From positions 83,328,001 to 83,392,000 of the forward strand of contig OZ024741.1 of the NCBI GenBank assembly GCA_964016885.1: a stretch of DNA of 64,000 bases, given 5' to 3'. Below the pieces are notes generated by a model. That model was not told where the DNA came from and searched no databases. It worked only from the letters and a program-made list of their open reading frames with translations. A program made the position numbers and the translations under genes. Source of the stretch: Eledone cirrhosa (Eukaryota). Positions 57,365 through 64,000 of this stretch are shown here, one piece after another; the stretch's first letter is position 1; the number at the start of each line of letters is the position of its first letter.

Positions 57365-59640
57365 CTACTTCCAGTAGGTCCTGTCAGAAGCATCCATCTC
57401 CAACGGATCTGGCTGAATCCCCAAGAGTGACCAGCCAAGCTCATGGACGTTATTCAACCATTTTGCACGAGGTCTACCTCTGGTTCTCTTGTCGGTTGAT
57501 TTTGCTCGGAAAATCTGTCCAGCGATATTTTACTGTGACATTCTAACCACATACCAATCGTATCAGAAATGTGATCTATCAATGCGAAGAAGAAAAGCTC
57601 TACATGGAGTAACTCTCTGATCTAGGACCTACTTTTCGACCAATTGTATTCGCGATCATATGCTTTCGATCATTACCCAGGATTCATGAGCATAGGTAAG
57701 GGTTTCCGCGTATTCCAAATTGAAGATAGCCAGTTTGGCTTTTACGCCTACCTCCCTTCTGATTAGTGAATCCTGAAGCTGGCGCATTACTGCACGAGCT
57801 CCTGCAATGTTTGCACATAATCCAGGCCCCTGCCTTCCATCACTGGTGATCAGGGCGCCGAAATACTTGCAATTCTCTACCTGCTTCAGAAGATCTCAAT
57901 TCACATGTAGAGTGCACTGCGCAAGCTCCCTTGAGAGGACGACTATCTCAGTTTTCGCAGAATTGATTTTAATTCCAGCATGCAGCACTCGTAATCAAAC
58001 ATATCAAGTGCAATTTGAAGATAACCGTCTGCCGAGTTAAGTAGCCAGATATTTAGCTTAAACTTTACCGGGGCGGCTTAACAAGATCCCTCTGTAATTG
58101 GAACAATCTCTCCTGTCACCCCTTTTGAAAATTGGGATTATCGCTCCCGATTGCCATTGCTTAAGTGCCTTTCTACAGATCCAGGCCACTCGGGACATAC
58201 GAGTCAACCAGAGAACATCTTCTCTATTTAATGCTTTTAACGTCTCATGTCGAATTTCATCTTCCCCAGCGGCTTTGCCACATTTTATCCCTTTAACTGC
58301 TCTTGTGACCTCAGCCAATGGGAGATTACTCACCACTCCCAGATACACCTCGTGTACATTCGAAGATGATGTTGTGATCAAGTTTAAGATATTAGCAAAG
58401 TATTCTCTCCACTTCGCGAGGATGCACCTCTCTGGAGACTGGAGAACCCCAGATGCGTTCTTGATAGCAGGTGTGGAGGAGGGCTTCGTATTAGGAAGTT
58501 AACTAATGATCTGCCACAAAACTTTATTTGCTGATCTGAAGTCAGATTCCAACTTAAATCGAAGTCCTCCCATGTCATAACTTTGAACGGTTTTACTGTC
58601 TCTGTTGCGGTTTCTCTTGCCTGCTCGTACCAAAAGTGCGAGAAGGAGGATTTATTTCCAAGCCAAGCCTTGTAAGCCTCCTTCTTCGCTCGGATGGCAT
58701 CTTTGACCACTCATTCAACCAAGGTGTCCTTCCTGTCATCCGGTGCATGAGACAGCTGAAAAAGAAACTGCTACGTTGAACAATCCCAACTTCTCAACTT
58801 TCTCTGTTTGCTAAGAGAGTTCCTGAAATTGGATGCAATAGTATCTGTATACATGGTCCTGACTTTCTTATCCATCGATGCTTCCCACTTATCCTTTTGG
58901 GCTTCTTTGGCTTTAGGAAGACTCAGCTTGCAGGTAACTCAATGGTGACCAGTTGACAACGCAGCGCCTCTTTTAACATGAATATCCAGCATAAAATCAA
59001 AGAGACCAGTGACGGGAACAAAATCAATTATTGATCTCTGTCCCTGATTCCCCTTATAACAAGTATATTTATGGATGTCTCTGTGCTGGAAGGTGTTCAT
59101 AATAGTGCGTTCAGTGCTAATTCGTAATTAGATGAAGGTTGCCATTCCTTCCTTTCCATGTCAGCACGTCAGTGCCAACATGTGCATTGAAGTCCCCCAT
59201 CAGGATATATGTATTAGTCTTAACTACATCTCACGCTGCAGTGACGACTTTATCCAGGAAGGACCTGTATTCAGACTCCTTGGTTGGTGCATAAGTTTGC
59301 ACCACCTACAGAAACCTATCTTTCAGCCTAAGCTTCAAGAAGCAAATCATCCATCCTAATGGTATAGAGTCCTTAACGCATTATGATAAACAGGGTCTTT
59401 TGAGTATCCCCACTCCTGCATGTGAAGTCATTTCTGGCGCCACACTTAAATAGTGGGGTTTCCATCCCCCATCTAAATCTACAGTATCAGAGCTACGAAA
59501 CTGTGTTGTGGAAAACTCGACTATATCTAGCCGTTAGCATCTAGCCTCCTCCACCAGTTCTGCTGCTTATCTCTAAGAGTTGTGAAGTTCCAGGTTCCAA
59601 CTGTCAATATTTGCTCCCCTCTGGATTCAAGTGGGGTCTC
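57365..59640 (-). mobile_element. Decayed RTE-clade LINE (APE plus RT; Expander/Rex3-like)
   Basis: LTVGTWNFTTL (APE start, ~59590); GKAAGEDEIR..IPIFKRGDRRDCSNYRGI..PGKV; central RT deleted; many stops. Confidence 0.85.
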
Positions 59641-60456
59641 GGGGTCGCAGGACCATCGCCAGTTTTTGCAGGATGAAATTGAGACTGCAATATATTCTTT
59701 TTAACAGAACCCGCTATCTAAGGTCTGAATGCATCCCTTTTAACCCGCGCGAAGGGTGATGCGATATCGTTCTTCTTTGTTTTCCTCGTCATATTGCAGT
59801 TTCAGTTTTAGTTGTCTTATTCGTGTAAGTCCCCAATCTGGTACTTTGCCAAACCCGCGAAGAATAGGCTTTTTTACGGAGGGAAAAGAGAGAATCTAAA
59901 AAAGTTGATAGAAGGGAAAGGGAGAAGGAAGAAGTAAACCCAACACATGTTTGGACAGTGTGTCTCAGCTGAGACACAGGGGAAGATGGCGAAAGCATTG
60001 CCGCGGATAAAAGCATATGAAACCCTCTGCATCAGTTATTCTACCTCACGAGACGCCTGGCACAGGCGAGATGCACTTCTCCCCATTTTAGACAATGATC
60101 GAAATTTATAGTGAATGGGTTTTCAAATCGTCAAACATCTATAGTCTATATAGTATAGTGTCAAGCCTCTAGTAGCGTAATTGTCTCTTGAGTGATGCAT
60201 TCTTCCTTTTAAAAAATCACACATAAAGATATCGTTGGATAAATGATTAATGGCGGTGAATATAATTAAAGAAGTGCAGTCGTAAATACACATACATTTT
60301 AGCTGACTGTGAATGGCTAACTAAAACTCTTACATTTCCTACCCCACTTCTCTGTCTCCCCCCCCCCCCATCTCGCTTTCTCTCTCATGCAAGCTCCCTC
60401 ACCGCCACACACTTTCGGTGGCAGCAGATGAATTGAAAATGGCTCTAGATACAAAT

Positions 60457-60642
60457 AATTGTTTCTACTTTTGGCACAAGGCCAGCAATTATTCAGTGTA
60501 TTACTGGTACTTTATTTTATCGACCCCGTAAGGATGAAAGGCAAAGTTGACCTAGGCGGGATTTGAACTCAGAATAGCAAGGGCTGTAACTCTATGCGTC
60601 AAAGCATGGCGTCCAACCCTCTACCGATACTGCCAAGCCACC
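60457..60642 (-). mobile_element. Nin/Deu-core tRNA SINE
   Basis: Family consensus; flanking duplication tctagatacaaataat. Confidence 0.85.
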
Positions 60643-60713
60643 ACCATCTAGATACAAATAATGCAAAACATATTGGTTTCTATTCGTCATTTCACAATGG
60701 CTATTTTGTATCA

Positions 60714-60801
<88 letters not shown>

Positions 60802-61475
60802 ACATTCACATACATGTATGTACGTGTGTGTAGTTGTTTTTTACGTGTGTGTATTATGTTTTTTGCGTGATAGTATCTAACAAGTGATATATTTTATTTA
60901 GTTCTATGTGTATTACGTGTTCTAATAAGTGTGTCAAGGGAATGCTTTATGGAACATCTAATCTATTTCGGATGCTTATTCAGTTCGGTATATTGATGCT
61001 AAACTAAACACACCAACGCATTGTGGGATATGATTTTTTCTTTCTTTGTGTTTTACTCTTTTTCAGGCTTGTTTGTTGCTTTGTCGATTTATGTCCTGGT
61101 TGTCAATATTTTATTCATTTTCTATGTTATCTACTCAATATACACCCAATAGTTGCGTTACTACCCCAGCCTCTCAAAATACTCACATGGTAGGCGATTC
61201 CTTATATTATTCGGCATTATTTGCCAGTCGATAGAAATAACACCAACGATTTGATCAGGTGGAAATTAGTGGAACAGTCTTCTACCCATCAGGGAATCAT
61301 AGTGATGAATTGACTTTTCTTTAATCGTAAAGTGGTGCTGGGCACGGGTTTAAAGTCTTTCATGGTTAGAATTTAAAATATGTTTATATATAACATGCAT
61401 TCATATATTCTTTTTGTAAGTACATATACGGTTTATTGTGAATCAGTATTTGTTAGTTCTATCACAAATTAATAA

Positions 61476-61682
61476 TTGTTTCTGATTTAGACACAAGGCC
61501 AACACTTTTAGTGGAGGATAAAGTCGATTAAATCGACCTCAGCGAGTTATTGGTACTTTATTTTATCGAAACCCCTAAGAAGGAAAGGCAAAGCAAACCG
61601 CAGCGCGATTTTATCTCAGAAGGTAAAGCACTGCAACTCTGTGCTACGAAGCAAGCTGCCCGATGCTACCAATCCACCGCCC
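61476..61682 (-). mobile_element. Older Nin/Deu-core tRNA SINE
   Basis: Diverged copy of the same family. Confidence 0.7.
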
Positions 61683-62011
61683 TATACTCCTTACTAATAA
61701 TATCATTGATTTCTAACACTTGTATAAGACCACATTTTCTTCATGTGGAGGAGAATATAACAAATTATGTCGATAAAAGTATTTATTTTTTCAACCATCT
61801 ATGGAATAGAAACATATAAGACTCCAGAAGGATTTGAACTCAGATATTAGTAATACTTTTACCTTGTTGGTTATTTGGTCATGCTAAAGATAACAGGAGA
61901 CCTCATATGGACTTCATCAATATGTTACATCTGCTATAACTAGAACCATTAGTGATATTCATTACATATATTTTTTTGTAAATATATTAAAGAGAAATTT
62001 GATTTCCATAA

Positions 62012-63380
62012 CACCGAGTAACATATTTTTTTGTTCCCCGGTTGTAAGTGTCATTTCCTGGTTTGTTATATCCCATTATTATAAAAAAACACTATCATTT
62101 AATAAGAAGTGTGGGTTTGTGGTCAGGAGTTTGATATTTCGTAATGTTAATATTTTTCAAGAAAAAACACATTTTTTTAAAATTTATCAGGTCATATAAT
62201 TAAATCAACAGAGTATATATTTATTTTATTATACAATATTTAGTTTATATTTATTTTATTATACAAGCTTATCAAAAGCAAACAAGTAAAATCAAATAAC
62301 ATTTATAAAGCAACTTATACACGTCAGAAATGACTGGATTTCCTGGATTTGCGGTTGTAGTCCAAGTCGTATTCCTGCACTAGCCCCCAGATATAGTCGC
62401 CCATCAAGTTTTCATTGTAGTGGCCCTAGTACCTCCGCTCTAACTCTTTCACATCTTGGTGGAATCGTTCGCCTTGTTCTTCTGAGTAGGCGTCCAGCAT
62501 ATGGAGTTTAAGCGACAACCTGCATCCCATGGCGCCAAAAGCCTTTATCAGATCCTGCACCAGTTGCTGGTAGTTTTCATCTCTGTAGTTGCCCAAGAAG
62601 GCTTTAACAACTGCCTTGAAACAGTTCCATGCTGTTCTCTCAATCCTATTGAGTTTATTGGAGAACTCGTAGACTCAAACACCTTCTTTATCTGAGGTCC
62701 AACAAAAATTCCACCTTTAATTTTGGCCTCAGATAACTTGGGGAAGAACTCAAGAAGGTACTTAAAAGCGGCTGATTCTTGGTTGAGAGCCTTCACAAAC
62801 TGCTTCATCAATCCCAACTTAATGTGCAGTGGCGGCATGAGCACAATCCTGGGATCAACCAGTGGCTCCCACATGACGTCCCGGGTCCCAACTACAAATT
62901 CTGTTCGCTGCTCCCAGTTTTTTCTTTTGTAGTGGTCAGAGGTGGCCCTGCTGCCCCAAAGGCGAGGAAGCATTGGAATTTGATAAAGCCTCCTTGGAGT
63001 CCAAGCAGGAAAGCCACCATCTTGAAGTCTCCAATGGTTTCCCAATTGTACTGGTTGTATTGCAGAGTTTCCAATAGAACTTTCACACTGTAGTAATCTT
63101 CCTTCAGGCAGACTGAATGAGCTAGGGGCAGTGTCAGGAACTTGTTTCCATTGTTGAGGAGGACAGCCTTCAAACTTGTGGTGGAAATGTCTATAAATAG
63201 CCGCCACTCCTTGGGCACAAATGGCACGCCAATAACGTCAAACAGTCCAGGCACGTCATGGCAGAAACAGAGGCCACCCCTAAGAGTGTAAAAGCCTGAG
63301 AAAGGTTCGTGTCGACTTCTCTGCTTGTCACCTGAATTTCCTCCTTGACCAAATTCCCCTGCTTCATTCTGGAGACGAAT
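62012..63380 (-). mobile_element. Chapaev3-like (CMC) DNA transposon remnant
   Basis: WRLFID..SLKAVLL.NGN, IGDFKMV..GLQGG, PPLHIKLGLMKQFVKAL, LSEAKIKGGIFVGPQI, SEEQGERFHQD..RY; terminus taa|caccgagtaac. Confidence 0.75.
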
Positions 63381-64000
63381 GCTTAAAACACAACTTAACC
63401 TTTATTCAGGGTGCGAAAATCCAGTATCAACAAATCTCTTTAATCCACTTTTTAAAAATGTTATACTTTATTGCACTTTTATAATTTTTTTTAGGTATTA
63501 CTCTTTATTTTATAATTTTAAGTTAACCTGAAGCATATATAAAAAAATCATTTAACATAAATTAAACTTACATACAAATTAAACTTGTCTTTATCCAGAC
63601 TCCTTAAATACCAGGAAATCTCTTCGAATCACTGGACTTTTCTCATTGCCTTTGTTATTATGAAAAATCCCTCGTCTCATTAGAACATTTTTTCACGATT
63701 CGCTTCTGCTTATTCACTTCTCAACGTCTCCATCTCTATCTCACTACCCTCTTCCTTTCTTTACCAATATACACAATGACCAGCATTATACGAGAATGAC
63801 TGCATGAAGACGTGCTTTTTCTCGAATTATTTTTCCGTTTCGTCTTCTTCCTGCTTTCTATTTTTCTATTTCTGCTTTTATTTCTCATTCTATCTACAGC
63901 TGAAACCTTAATACACTGTTGCTACTGTATAAAGAATTAAAATTAATATGTTCCTTCGCTGTAGTGTATAGTTCGATTTTTTGTCTACGCTTACGTTTCT

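Overview
AT-rich, microsatellite-dense eukaryotic DNA; the SINE families and (TA)n/(CA)n load suggest an octopus-like cephalopod (inference). No host exon is recognisable, and most ORFs in the track are microsatellite artefacts. The window is almost entirely decayed mobile DNA: at least six Penelope-like element (PLE; RT and/or GIY-YIG) remnants from several lineages, a near full-length R4/Dong-type LINE ending in (TAA)n, RTE-clade LINE remnants, Chapaev3-like, mariner and Helitron fragments, and two tRNA-derived SINE families. The main hidden signal is RNA-structural. About 13 type I hammerhead ribozyme motifs with intact or near-intact cores, plus several decayed ones, lie on both strands. 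They sit in PLE terminal repeats, in short non-coding foldback elements and in 'unit-and-a-fraction' direct repeats resembling retrozyme/circular-RNA copies, nearly all next to (TA)n tracts. Several cores carry a recurrent non-canonical A8 (YUGANAA). A candidate P4-less HDV-like ribozyme lies at the 5' end of the R4/Dong LINE. All folds were read by eye and none has been computed or tested.
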